This document shows positions 19,522 to 29,196 of a stretch of 32,000 bases of DNA, piece after piece. The notes under the pieces are model-generated. The model was not told the origin of the DNA and ran no database searches. It saw only the letters and a list, made by a program, of their open reading frames with translations. Source of the DNA: Escherichia coli (GTDB lineage Bacteria; Pseudomonadota; Gammaproteobacteria; Enterobacterales; Enterobacteriaceae); the NCBI RefSeq assembly GCF_048571625.1, contig NZ_CP074954.1, one strand, 5' to 3'. How positions within the stretch are numbered: the stretch's first letter is position 1; each line of letters begins with the position of its first letter. The position numbers were made by a program, and so were the translations under genes.

Positions 19522-22264
19522 TCTTATCCGTCAGGTTATCAGTGCGTCTGAAAACAACTGGCCTCATGTGCTGGGCTGCCTGAACATAAATGTCCCTGAC
19601 TCTCCGCGCCGTCATGCTCCCTGCCCTGCATGTGGGGGCAAAGATCGATTCCGGTTCGATGACAACGGGCGCGGTAGCTTCATCTGTAATCAGTGCGGCG
19701 CTGGTGATGGGCTGGATTTAATTAAACGCGTAAATAACTGCGACACAACAGAGGCGGCGCTTCTTGCCGCTGATGTTCTGGGTATTGATTACCGGACAAC
19801 GGAAACACCAGAAGCCACCAGCCAGAAACGGGAACAACTGGAAACCGAGCGCCAGCGACGCGAACAGGAGCGCCTGAAAAGGGCAGAGAAGGACGAACAA
19901 CAAAGACGGGATACGTTTTCCCGTCAGTTTGATGACATGCGCAGAAAGGCTGTAAACGGCAAATCTGATTATCTGGTTGCGAAAGGGGTAGGTGATTTTA
20001 CATTCCCCGTGTTGCCCGATGGATCTCTGTTGCTGGCGCTGGTGGATAAATCCGGCGCAGTAACAGCAGCACAGACTATTACCTCACATGGTGAAAAAAG
20101 ACTCCTGACAGGTTCAGCAAAGCGGGGGGCATATCACGCCATAAACGCACCAGAAACAACACAGAGCATCTTAATCGCAGAAGGTCTGGCAACGGCATTA
20201 TCTGCCCATTTAATTCGTCCAGAGGCGCTGACAGTGGCGGCGATTGATGCCGGGAACCTGTTATATGTCGCCCAGGTACTGCGGGATAAATTTCCTTCAG
20301 CACAAATCATCATTGCTGCGGATAACGACCACAGCGAAGGAAGACAAAACACGGGGAGAATAGCAGCAGAAAAAGCAGCTTTATCTGTTTCTGGATGGGT
20401 GGCATTACCCCCGACAGATCACAAAGCAGACTGGAATGATTACCACCAAAAACACGGCATTAAATGCGCCACAGAAGCGTTCAATAAGTCAATGTACCAA
20501 CCACAGGGTAATGGCGTGAAACAGGAGCCACAGACCATTGAGGGAAGCGATTTTAAGGTTATGGATACCGACCCACTGAAACCAAGAATAGAAAGCCGCG
20601 AGGATGGTATTTATTGGGTATCTCCGAGAGCTGACAGCCAGAGTGGAGAAATCATCAATAACGAAAGCTGGTTATGTTCTCCGTTAAGCGTTATCGGTAC
20701 TGGCAGAGACGATAAAGACCAGTATCTCATTCTTCGCTGGCTGTCGTTTGGTTCTGAAACGCCGACAACCGCTGCCATTCCACTGGCTGATATTGGTGAA
20801 CGTGAAGGATGGCGCACACTTAAAGCTGGTGGGGTAAATGTCACGACCAAAAGCAGCCTCAGAGCAATACTGGCAGACTGGCTACAACGCAGTGGCTCTC
20901 GTGAATTGTGGCGTGTTGCTCATGCCACTGGCTGGCAATGCGGAGCGTACATCATGCCTGATGGGGAAATCATCGGAACACCTGAAAATCCTGTGCTGTT
21001 CAGCGGGAGAAGCTCAGCCGCAGCCGGATATACCGTCTCAGGGAGCGCGAAAAGCTGGCGTGATAACGTGGCGCGTCTGGCCTTTGGTAACTATTCAATG
21101 ATGACCGGGATCGGCGCAGCACTGGCAGCGCCATTGATTGGGCTGGTGGGCGCTGACGGGTTCGGCATTCATTTCTATGAGCAGTCGAGCGCAGGTAAGA
21201 CCACCACGGCAAACGTGGCGAGCAGCTTATACGGCAACCCTGATTTACTGCGGCTGACGTGGTACGGAACCGCGCTGGGGCTGGCAAATGAGGCCGCCGC
21301 CCACAATGACGGACTAATGCCGCTTGATGAAGTTGGTCAGGGCGCTGATCCTGTCAGCGTTTCACAGTCTGCCTATGCGTTATTTAACGGTGTAGGGAAA
21401 CTGCAAGGCGCTAAAGATGGTGGAAACCGGGATCTAAAACGCTGGCGTACAGTGGCAATCAGCACCGGAGAAATGGATTTAGAAACATTTATCGCTACTT
21501 CCGGGCGAAAAACCAAAGCCGGGCAACTGGTGCGACTGCTGAATATTCCGTTGAGTAAAGCAGTACGCTTTCACGATTACCAGAACGGAAAACAGCACGC
21601 AGACGCACTGAAAGACGCTTACCAGCATCACCACGGCGCGTCCGGGCGTGAGTGGATTAAATGGCTGGCACACCACCAGCAACAGGCTATTAAAACCGTT
21701 CGTGATTGCGAAAGCAGATGGAGAAGCCTGATCCCATCCGATTATGGTGAGCAGGTTCACCGTGTAGCCGCGCGATTTGCCATTCTGGAGGCCGCATTGT
21801 TGTTAGGCGAGGTTGTAACAGGCTGGGATGCTCAGACATGCCGTGATGCGATACAGCACAGCTATAACGCATGGTTGCGCGAGTTCGGCACAGGTAACAA
21901 AGAGCATCAGCAGATTATTGAACAAACGGAGGCATTTCTTAATGCCTATGGGCTTAGCCGTTTTGCACCATTTCCATACAGCCCGGCAGATTTGCCCATC
22001 AAAGATTTAGCCGGATACCGTCAGCGTGGAGAACATGACGAAAGCCCAATGATTTTCTACACATTCCCGGCCACATTTGAAAAGGAGATCGCATGTGGTT
22101 TCAACGCAAAACAGTTTGCTGAAGTGTTGAAAAAAGCCGGGATGCTAACCCCACCAAACAGCGGTCGTGGATACCAAAGAAAATCACCACGTATTCAGGG
22201 ACGACAAATAAACGTTTATGTACTCAATTACCAGCCAGGAGATTATAACTCATCTGAAGAATGA
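19505..22264 (+). CDS. Zinc-ribbon/TOPRIM primase with DUF927-like helicase; P4 alpha-type replication protein
   Basis: 919 aa; CPACGGKDRFRFDDNGRGSFICNQCGAGDGLDLI zinc ribbon; TOPRIM-like SILIAEGLATALSAHL...IIIAADNDHSEG; Walker-like GADGFGIHFYEQSSAGKTTTANVASS. Confidence 0.9.
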   Translation: MMRNIDLIRQVISASENNWPHVLGCLNINVPDSPRRHAPCPACGGKDRFRFDDNGRGSFICNQCGAGDGLDLIKRVNNCDTTEAALLAADVLGIDYRTTETPEATSQKREQLETERQRREQERLKRAEKDEQQRRDTFSRQFDDMRRKAVNGKSDYLVAKGVGDFTFPVLPDGSLLLALVDKSGAVTAAQTITSHGEKRLLTGSAKRGAYHAINAPETTQSILIAEGLATALSAHLIRPEALTVAAIDAGNLLYVAQVLRDKFPSAQIIIAADNDHSEGRQNTGRIAAEKAALSVSGWVALPPTDHKADWNDYHQKHGIKCATEAFNKSMYQPQGNGVKQEPQTIEGSDFKVMDTDPLKPRIESREDGIYWVSPRADSQSGEIINNESWLCSPLSVIGTGRDDKDQYLILRWLSFGSETPTTAAIPLADIGEREGWRTLKAGGVNVTTKSSLRAILADWLQRSGSRELWRVAHATGWQCGAYIMPDGEIIGTPENPVLFSGRSSAAAGYTVSGSAKSWRDNVARLAFGNYSMMTGIGAALAAPLIGLVGADGFGIHFYEQSSAGKTTTANVASSLYGNPDLLRLTWYGTALGLANEAAAHNDGLMPLDEVGQGADPVSVSQSAYALFNGVGKLQGAKDGGNRDLKRWRTVAISTGEMDLETFIATSGRKTKAGQLVRLLNIPLSKAVRFHDYQNGKQHADALKDAYQHHHGASGREWIKWLAHHQQQAIKTVRDCESRWRSLIPSDYGEQVHRVAARFAILEAALLLGEVVTGWDAQTCRDAIQHSYNAWLREFGTGNKEHQQIIEQTEAFLNAYGLSRFAPFPYSPADLPIKDLAGYRQRGEHDESPMIFYTFPATFEKEIACGFNAKQFAEVLKKAGMLTPPNSGRGYQRKSPRIQGRQINVYVLNYQPGDYNSSEE

Positions 22265-22289
22265 GCTTCTTCATGTGCGTAGAAAAGGT

Positions 22290-22409
22290 GTTGGTTCAGT
22301 TGGTTCAGTTGGTTCAGTTGGTTCAATTTGTAAAGTGTATTGTTTTATAAGGATTTTATTCTTTTTATTGAACCAACACTGAACCAACAACACGGTATTT
22401 TGAACCAAC
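22290..22409. repeat. Putative origin A: four tandem GTTGGTTCA + 43-bp AT-rich core + three inverted TGAACCAAC
   Basis: Direct copies 22290-22298, 22299-22307, 22308-22316, 22317-22325; inverted copies 22369-22377, 22380-22388, 22401-22409. Confidence 0.8.
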
Positions 22410-22426
22410 ACAATGTGACTGAATTG

Positions 22427-22591
22427 ATGCGCACAACACCTGGCTGGCATCAGAGAGTGTTTTACGAGACTTTCGTAAAATCCTGTGTACAAGGGCGTGA
22501 CGTTTTTGAAAGTGAGCACTACGAAATTTTCGCAGTTCAAAAAACAGCCTCTGAGAAGTTGTTATGCCTGTTCAGCAAACCATCCGCATAG
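22427..22591 (+). CDS. Possible small ORF after the putative origin
   Basis: MRTTPGWHQRVFYETFVKSCVQGRDVFESEHYEIFAVQKTASEKLLCLFSKPSA; no recognised family. Confidence 0.3.
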   Translation: MRTTPGWHQRVFYETFVKSCVQGRDVFESEHYEIFAVQKTASEKLLCLFSKPSA

Positions 22592-22730
22592 CTGATCGCG
22601 AATCAAATTACCAATGGAGCCAGAAGCAAGGGCAGAACTGAAAAGCGCCTGCCGTGAAGAGTAATGCGACACCATAAATATAGTTTTTAGAGTCCATAAA
22701 AAACCTGTCAAAACCTGACACACAGAACGA

Positions 22731-22762
22731 TGCCACCAGCTACTGAGCGGTGGCATTTTTTT
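22731..22762 (+). terminator. Rho-independent terminator
   Basis: TGCCACC ... GGTGGCA followed by TTTTTTT. Confidence 0.75.
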
Positions 22763-22857
22763 GTGCTATTTGTTTCATATTTTGCAATTACTATGATGAA
22801 TATTGCGATTTGTGAAACTATAATAACTGTTGTTTTATACAGTTCTAAGGGGGCGTT

Positions 22858-23019
22858 ATGGCTATTTCAGTAAAGCCGGTATTGATAAGTGAGAAGCAAA
22901 TGGAAGCGATAAAGAAAATTCAGGAAGAGCAGCGTAAAAAATCAGGAATTGGAGTAGCGCCAACTCTGCATGAAATTGCACGAGGGTTAATAGATAAGGC
23001 GCTGGCAGGCTGTATGTGA
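22858..23019 (+). CDS. Small RHH/plasmid-regulator-like protein (53 aa)
   Basis: MAISVKPVLISEKQMEAIKKIQEEQRKKSGIGVAPTLHEIARGLIDKALAGCM; RBS AAGGGGG; below the ORF-track length cutoff. Confidence 0.6.
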   Translation: MAISVKPVLISEKQMEAIKKIQEEQRKKSGIGVAPTLHEIARGLIDKALAGCM

Positions 23020-23035
23020 AAATGGATGGCATCGC

Positions 23036-23497
23036 ATGGAACTAAAATTTATTGATAACCCTGTGCGATTACAGGCCTTTCTTAACGAGCCAGGCAATAC
23101 CGAAAATATTGTTGAGCCGGGGCACACGTACTACATCAAGCCTGATGCGGTATATCTCGGCATCTACGAAGGATTGGTGCTGGCTGGCGTTCATGAAGTG
23201 CGTAGCTTCTGGCATAGCGTTGTTGAATGCCATGCGGTGTACGACCCCGGATTCCGTGGTGAATATGCACTGCAAGGACATCGATTATTCTGCAAATGGC
23301 TTCTCGAAAACTCACCATTCCTTAACAGCATCACTATGGTTCCTGACACCACGAAATACGGACGGGCAATTATCCGTTTGCTTGGCGCTACCCGTGTTGG
23401 TCACCTTGATGATGCTTATATCAGATGTGGTAAACCCGTCGGCGTAACGCTTTATCAGTTAACTCGGCAACAATATAAGGAATTCAGCGAATGTTAA
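23036..23497 (+). CDS. P22 gp14-like head assembly/completion protein (DUF2824-like)
   Basis: 153 aa MELKFIDNPVRLQAFLNEPGNTENIVEPGHTYYIKPDAVYLGIYEG; immediately precedes the gp7-like gene as in P22. Confidence 0.75.
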   Translation: MELKFIDNPVRLQAFLNEPGNTENIVEPGHTYYIKPDAVYLGIYEGLVLAGVHEVRSFWHSVVECHAVYDPGFRGEYALQGHRLFCKWLLENSPFLNSITMVPDTTKYGRAIIRLLGATRVGHLDDAYIRCGKPVGVTLYQLTRQQYKEFSEC

Positions 23498-24168
23498 TTA
23501 CCCATATAGCTCATAAACATCTCAATCGTGCCGTATACGAAAAAGGCGGTGATGGTGGTGCCTCTAAAGCTCAGGCGAAGGCCCAGCAGCAGGCAATTGA
23601 TTTGCAGCGCGAGCAGTGGAATACGGTGATGAATAATCTCAAGCCGTATGCAGAAGTCGGATTGCCTGCTTTACAACAACTACAAGGACTGATGACTCTG
23701 GAAGGGCAGAATAAAGCAGCGAATGATTTCTTTGGTTCTGGTTTATATAAAACACAGGCAGATCAGGCCCGTTATCAGAACCTTGTCTCAGCAGAAGCTA
23801 CCGGGGGGCTTGGCTCAACAGCTACCAGTAACCAGTTATCTTCCATTGCGCCCATGCTTTATAACAATTGGCTTAGTGGGCAAATGCAAAATTATGGAAA
23901 CCTGCTAAATGTCGGGATGAATGCGGCATCAGGGCAGGCAACGGCAGGGCAAAACTACGCCAATAATACCGGACAACTCTTGCAGGGGCTTGGCGCTATT
24001 CGTGCAGGTCAGGCGCAGCAGCCATCCAGTCTTGCGCGTGGTATTGGTGGGGCAGCATCAGGCGCTTTAGCGGGTGCGCAACTTGGTTCCGTTGTTCCTG
24101 GAATAGGAACTGCGGCCGGCGCTATTGGTGGTGGGCTTATTGGTCTTGTTGGGGGGCTTGGATTCTAA
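23491..24168 (+). CDS. P22 gp7-like DNA ejection (transfer) protein
   Basis: 225 aa; GGASKAQAKAQQQAIDLQREQWNTVMNNLKPYAEVGLPALQQLQGL...; glycine/alanine-rich C-terminus. Confidence 0.88.
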   Translation: MLITHIAHKHLNRAVYEKGGDGGASKAQAKAQQQAIDLQREQWNTVMNNLKPYAEVGLPALQQLQGLMTLEGQNKAANDFFGSGLYKTQADQARYQNLVSAEATGGLGSTATSNQLSSIAPMLYNNWLSGQMQNYGNLLNVGMNAASGQATAGQNYANNTGQLLQGLGAIRAGQAQQPSSLARGIGGAASGALAGAQLGSVVPGIGTAAGAIGGGLIGLVGGLGF

Positions 24169-25589
24169 TGGCGACATGGCAACTTGGCGGGCTGCCTAGC
24201 ATGGCACCGCAAAATGATAATGCTCCTCGTTCTTCCGTTCCTCAGCCTGTGCAGTATCAGCAGCAGCCAAACGTAGGTTTAATGGCGCTACAGGGGCTAA
24301 GAGGCGTTGCTGAGATTAATCAGCAGGCACGTCAACAACAGCGTAAAGCAGAGTTTCAGAAAGCATATGCCGGGGCTTTTGAGTCTGGAGACAGAAACAA
24401 AATGCGCAGTCTTATTTCTGAGTATCCAGAAGAATTTGAAAGCGTTCAGAAAGGGATGGGCTTTATTGATGACGACCAGAGAAATTCTATTGGTCATCTT
24501 GCGACTAGTGCTCAAATCGCATCTTCGCTCGGAACTGGGGCATTTGGAAAATTCATAGCAGATAACGAAGATGAAATGCGTCGCTTGGGAATTTCTCCTG
24601 AGTCTGTTGCCGAAATGCATGTTAATGATCCACAGGGGTTCCAGCGGCTTGCTGGTAGTATGGCACTGTTTTCTCTCGGTCATGAGAAGTATTTCGATAT
24701 CAAAGATCAAATGGAAGGTCGGGATATTGAGCGTGGCAAGTTGGCAGAGACAATCCGCAGCAATCAGGCTGGCGAAGCACTTCAGGCGAGAGGGCAGGAT
24801 ATTAGCCGAGCAAATGCGTTAACGTCAGCATATGCACCAACAGCAGCAATGCAGAATTACAATCAGTACGCTCAAATGTTAAAGGCGGATCCAGAGGGGG
24901 CGGCGGCATTTGCGGCAGCGGCTGGAATTAATACAAACGCCAAAAAATTAATGAGTGTTAGAGAAAACGATGATGGCACTGTCACAAAATACTACACAGA
25001 CGGAAGTGAAGAGCAGGGAAAACTAAACCAGCCAATATCTGGAGATGGGTTTCGTCCAATAGCTTTGCCAACAGCCCAAAAGATCATGGAAAAGTCGCCA
25101 GAAGGGGCTAAAAAAGCTGCTGGATTTGCATACAGGGTTAGGGATGCTCTTGATTCAATAGATACACTGAAAGACCAGCTTAGCCCACAGCGAGTGGCGA
25201 TCATTAATAATGCTTTGGGTAATGGGACGCTGGCTAACTTAACGCTCAGCCCAACAGAACAGCAATACGTTGTTAATGCTAATGACGCAATAATGGCAAT
25301 ACTCCGTCAGGAAACAGGGGCAGCCATCGTACCTGCTGAAATGTCAAAATATTATCAAATGTATTTCCCTCAGCCTGGCGACTCCACAAAAACCATTGAT
25401 ACCAAGCGCCGGAAGATGGAAAACCAGTTCAATTCGCTGAAAGCTGCTTCTGGTCGAGCTTATGATGCTTTGCGGGTTATTTCAGCAGTTGACAGAGGAA
25501 CTTCTTCTTCGTCGCAGACATTGCCGCAATCTGAGCAGGTATCACAGCCAGCAGCCAGCAGTAACTTTTCTTCACTATGGGGTGATTAA
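24168..25589 (+). CDS. P22 gp20-like DNA ejection (transfer) protein
   Basis: 473 aa; P22 late order; PTEQQYVVNANDAIMAILRQETGAAIVPAEMSKYYQMYFPQPGD. Confidence 0.88.
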   Translation: MATWQLGGLPSMAPQNDNAPRSSVPQPVQYQQQPNVGLMALQGLRGVAEINQQARQQQRKAEFQKAYAGAFESGDRNKMRSLISEYPEEFESVQKGMGFIDDDQRNSIGHLATSAQIASSLGTGAFGKFIADNEDEMRRLGISPESVAEMHVNDPQGFQRLAGSMALFSLGHEKYFDIKDQMEGRDIERGKLAETIRSNQAGEALQARGQDISRANALTSAYAPTAAMQNYNQYAQMLKADPEGAAAFAAAAGINTNAKKLMSVRENDDGTVTKYYTDGSEEQGKLNQPISGDGFRPIALPTAQKIMEKSPEGAKKAAGFAYRVRDALDSIDTLKDQLSPQRVAIINNALGNGTLANLTLSPTEQQYVVNANDAIMAILRQETGAAIVPAEMSKYYQMYFPQPGDSTKTIDTKRRKMENQFNSLKAASGRAYDALRVISAVDRGTSSSSQTLPQSEQVSQPAASSNFSSLWGD

Positions 25590-27694
25590 TGGCTAAAGCA
25601 TGGAAAGATGTTATCGCCTCTCCACAGTATCAGGCGTTAGCACCAGAACAAAAAGCGCAGGCTCAGGAGCAATACTTCAATGAAGTCGTGGCCCCGCAAG
25701 CCGGAGAAAGTGTAGAGCAGGCTAAGCAGGCTTTTTATGCTGCCTATCCACTACCATCAACGAATGAAATAGACCGATCCCAATCAGCAACTCAAAATAT
25801 TCAACATACATCATCTGATAATTCTCTTGCGTCAGGGTATGCAAAGTTAGTTACTCAGCAAAGAGAGGGGCTTGAGCGTTCAGCAGAACAGGGAGCCAGT
25901 CTTGGGGCTGCGATGCGCGATGCTATAACAGGCGAAAGCCGAATGACTCCAGAGATGGAGAGACTGCAAAATGTCGACCTTGCCCCAGAGTTAACCTCAC
26001 TCAGCATGGATGCTCTAAAAGCTCGATGGTCTCAACTTTTCGGCTCTGACGCATCTCAGGAAAAGATTCTTCAGAGCATGGGAGCGAAATTAAGGCAGGA
26101 TGAGAAGGGTAACACTATCGTTTCCCTGCCATCCGGTGATTATGCTCTGAACAAGCCGGGTTTATCGCCGCAAGACGTGGCATCGTTTCTGGCTAATGCG
26201 CTGGCGTTTACACCAGCGGGCAGGGCTGGAACGGTGCTTGGTGCCATAGGAAAATCAGCAGCTACAGATTTAGCACTACAGGGAGCCACTAGCCTTGCTG
26301 GTGGAGAAGATATTGATCCGTTACAAACGGTAATTTCTGCTGGCATTGGTGGTATTGGTAAGGGGCTGGAAAATACAGCGAGTGCGGTTTCGAGGGCTGT
26401 TCGTGGTGATATGTCGCCTGAAGCAAAGGCTGCTGTCGACTTTGCATCGGAAAGAAATCTGCCGTTAATGACCAGTGACATGCTGAAAGATAAAACCTTT
26501 ATGCAGAGTCAGGCTCAGACATTAGGCGAAAGAGTTCCTTTTTTTGGAACCGGTAAGAATCGGCTGAATCAACAACAAGCACGAGAAAATTTAGTCAGAA
26601 CATTTAGCGATGGTCTGGGTGGCATTTCTGATAAACAGCTTTATGAATCTGCGACTAAAGGGCAACAAAAATTCATTGAGGCAGCAGGAAAGCGATATAA
26701 CCGCATAATTGACGCTATGGGGGATACCCCTGTCGATCTCTCAAACACGGTAAAAGCTATCGACAATCAGATTGCTGTGTTAAGCCGCCCGGGTAAATCA
26801 CAGGATAGAGCCGCGGTAAAAGTCTTGCAGCAATTTAAAGACGATATCACCAGCGGACCAAATGACCTGCGTCTGGCGAGGGAAAACAGAACCGATCTTC
26901 GAAAGCGGTTTATGGCGTCATCTGACACTGTTGATAAAGATACGCTCCAGAAAGCCAGCGATATTATCTACAAGGCATATACGGCGGATATGAAAAAAGC
27001 CGTAGCCAAAAATCTTGGAGCAGACGAAGCCATTAATATGGCAAGGGTTGATCGCTCATGGTCTAAATTCAATGACATGATGGGAAGAACGCGCGTTCAA
27101 AAGGCAATAGCCAGCGGCAAGGCCACGCCTGAGGATGTAACAAAACTCGTTTTTAGCCAAAGCCCATCAGAACGTTCTCAGCTTTACAGGCTTCTGGATG
27201 ACAATGGTAGGCAAAACGCACGAGCAGCCATAGTTCAGAATGCTGTAGATAAGGCGACTGATCCGTCTGGAAATATCAGTGTTGAGAAGTTTATTAATGC
27301 GTTACACCGGAACAGGAAGCAATCAGCAACTTTCTTTAAAGGCGTACATGGAAAGGAACTGGACGGCGTTATTAAATACCTCAACGATACAAGACACGCG
27401 GCAAAAGCGAACGTTCAAAACTTAAATGGTCAGCAGCTTTATGGATTGTTAGTTGGTGGTGGCATCATAAACGCAGCAGTATTAGCGGGGATGCTAAAAA
27501 CGGCTGCGTTTGTTGTTCCTGCTGCTGGTGCCGTAGGCGGAGCCGCGAAGGCATACGAAAGCCCTGTTATACGAAATGCCTTGTTACGTTTGGCAAATAC
27601 GCCAAAAGGTAGCACAGCATATGACAGAGCGATCAGTACGGTCACACAATCGCTCACCAGAGTCGCACAGGCATCACAAAAAGAAGCTCAATAA
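25589..27694 (+). CDS. P22 gp16-like DNA ejection protein
   Basis: 701 aa; MAKAWKDVIASPQYQALAPEQKAQAQEQYFNEVVAPQAG; position after the gp20-like gene. Confidence 0.87.
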   Translation: MAKAWKDVIASPQYQALAPEQKAQAQEQYFNEVVAPQAGESVEQAKQAFYAAYPLPSTNEIDRSQSATQNIQHTSSDNSLASGYAKLVTQQREGLERSAEQGASLGAAMRDAITGESRMTPEMERLQNVDLAPELTSLSMDALKARWSQLFGSDASQEKILQSMGAKLRQDEKGNTIVSLPSGDYALNKPGLSPQDVASFLANALAFTPAGRAGTVLGAIGKSAATDLALQGATSLAGGEDIDPLQTVISAGIGGIGKGLENTASAVSRAVRGDMSPEAKAAVDFASERNLPLMTSDMLKDKTFMQSQAQTLGERVPFFGTGKNRLNQQQARENLVRTFSDGLGGISDKQLYESATKGQQKFIEAAGKRYNRIIDAMGDTPVDLSNTVKAIDNQIAVLSRPGKSQDRAAVKVLQQFKDDITSGPNDLRLARENRTDLRKRFMASSDTVDKDTLQKASDIIYKAYTADMKKAVAKNLGADEAINMARVDRSWSKFNDMMGRTRVQKAIASGKATPEDVTKLVFSQSPSERSQLYRLLDDNGRQNARAAIVQNAVDKATDPSGNISVEKFINALHRNRKQSATFFKGVHGKELDGVIKYLNDTRHAAKANVQNLNGQQLYGLLVGGGIINAAVLAGMLKTAAFVVPAAGAVGGAAKAYESPVIRNALLRLANTPKGSTAYDRAISTVTQSLTRVAQASQKEAQ

Positions 27695-27712
27695 CTGGTA
27701 GCCATGGATGGC

Positions 27713-28327
27713 TTAGATATCTCTGCTGTCTCCATTAGGAAATAAAAGATAATATGGATTTGCCTTTCTTGCTCTCCTTGCTTCACCTGGATACCTGTTA
27801 GTCAGTAGTTTGCATAATGAGCAGAGAACAACACTCAAGAAAATTCCGAATGAGAAGATCAATATCTCACCAAAAATCAATGGCGATATTAAATTTTCAG
27901 GATTTAATGATAAGTCAATGTTAAAAACATATTGAGCAATACCAGTAAGTATCAATAATATAATCCCTATGGAATACATTGCTGTTTCCCAAACATCAGA
28001 CAGTCTATTTTTGAATTGTTCGCTGGAGTAGTAGTTTGTTATAAAGTCAGAAAAATCACTCTCATATGCATCATCTTTAGGTGATGTTAGAAATCCTCTG
28101 TCTCTCCATACCTTCTCCCAATTAGTCGATTCTTTTTTTAAGGAAAAATAAATATGTATTGCCAAAAGGATAGCCAAAATTGGTGTTAGCTCTAAAAAAT
28201 AGAATGTTATGGAATAAATAATACTGCCATGTTCAAACTCATCTGGGACTATCATGTATGCACAAAAATAAATTGAAAAGTACACCATGCAGATAGTTAG
28301 CAATTCTTTAGTATCTTTTCTGCTCAC
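27713..28327 (-). CDS. Multi-pass membrane protein, SieA-like superinfection-exclusion candidate
   Basis: 204 aa, several hydrophobic segments; GTG start with AAAGGGGG RBS; convergent with the 16-like gene as P22 sieA is. Confidence 0.55.
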   Translation of the reverse strand: MSRKDTKELLTICMVYFSIYFCAYMIVPDEFEHGSIIYSITFYFLELTPILAILLAIHIYFSLKKESTNWEKVWRDRGFLTSPKDDAYESDFSDFITNYYSSEQFKNRLSDVWETAMYSIGIILLILTGIAQYVFNIDLSLNPENLISPLIFGEILIFSFGIFLSVVLCSLCKLLTNRYPGEARRARKANPYYLLFPNGDSRDI

Positions 28328-28353
28328 ACCAACCCCCTTTAGCGTTGTTTAGA

Positions 28354-28605
28354 ATGGCAATCATCATATATCCAAGACATGGCATTTGGTACATAGCTTG
28401 GGTCGGGATTTCAAATCCGATCCCCGTTGATGGGGCCGTTACAGTACGCGCATATCCGCTTTATGTGAAACAGGAAGATTTTTCTGATATCACTGCCACA
28501 GCAAAACACCAATTTCGTGACCAGTACGCGCGCGAGGGGTATCAGTTGCAAAAATTTTGCAACTACGTCCGACCAGTACGCACACGATGGCGGGGGATAC
28601 CATGA
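28354..28605 (+). CDS. Possible small hypothetical protein
   Basis: MAIIIYPRHGIWYIAWVGISNPIPVDGAVTVRAYPLYVKQEDF...; no family recognised. Confidence 0.3.
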   Translation: MAIIIYPRHGIWYIAWVGISNPIPVDGAVTVRAYPLYVKQEDFSDITATAKHQFRDQYAREGYQLQKFCNYVRPVRTRWRGIP

Positions 28606-29003
28606 AACTGTTCTCTACACGAGACAGAGTGGTGGTGATGTGTTGATTATCGGCGTATATGCGCACAGGACGCGCTATGACGATGTTTTATGCGGGTACA
28701 CCAATCACATGTATCTGATGTGATAAATCGTGTTACATGACATCTCATGTTGTGCTGGTGGTTATCACGACGTTCTGAATCTGGCCTTTGCCTGATATTT
28801 TGCGACAAGTACGCGCGCGTAGCATCGAAATTATCGGATGGCGTATGCTGCTGGCAATATGAAGACCGATAGTATTAACCGAAAAGCGATTAAGGAGTGC
28901 CAACTTTTCAGTAGAGAAACTAGCCAGCATAGGAAAATGTAGAAATTACCCAATTAATAGGTAAAAGTTATTGACACAGCCTGTAGTGGATAACGATATG
29001 AAT

Positions 29004-29026
29004 AAAAACCACATATAGTGGTTTTT
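29004..29026. terminator. Short bidirectional terminator-like hairpin
   Basis: AAAAACCAC atata GTGGTTTTT perfect 9-bp stem. Confidence 0.6.
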
Positions 29027-29106
29027 CGTGAGTGATGATAGTACCTATGTTAGTTTCCTAAGTAACTGTGCATTGACATGTGGATAACTTCGGATAGAGT
29101 TACAGG

Positions 29107-29180
29107 CAACCGAGCCCGATCCTCTGTTTCTCCGCCGCCGATTTCAGGCATGTGAGTTTCACGGTCGGGCCTTTTATTAT
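29107..29180 (+). ncRNA. Candidate structured RNA/leader immediately upstream of the Abi_2 gene
   Basis: Putative promoter TTGACA (29073-29078)/TAGAGT (29095-29100); GCCCGA...TCGGGC pairing closed just before TTTT; inner GTGA-gtt-TCAC hairpin. Confidence 0.35.
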
Positions 29181-29196
29181 CTTTTGTTTCGCCACT

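Noticed and set aside
22290-22325. Tandem 9-mers as a CRISPR or microsatellite
   Set aside because: No spacers, units too short, and both direct and inverted copies with a matched second cluster point to iterons instead.
22271-22540. Minus-strand ORF with EPTEPTEPTEPT repeat
   Set aside because: The repeat peptide is just the 9-bp iteron array read in one frame; the DNA repeat explains it, with no independent coding evidence.
29152-29196. Upstream GTG extension of the Abi_2 gene (MSFTVGPFIIFCFAT)
   Set aside because: It runs through the GC hairpin and T-run and does not look like the family N-terminus; ATG 29197 is preferred.
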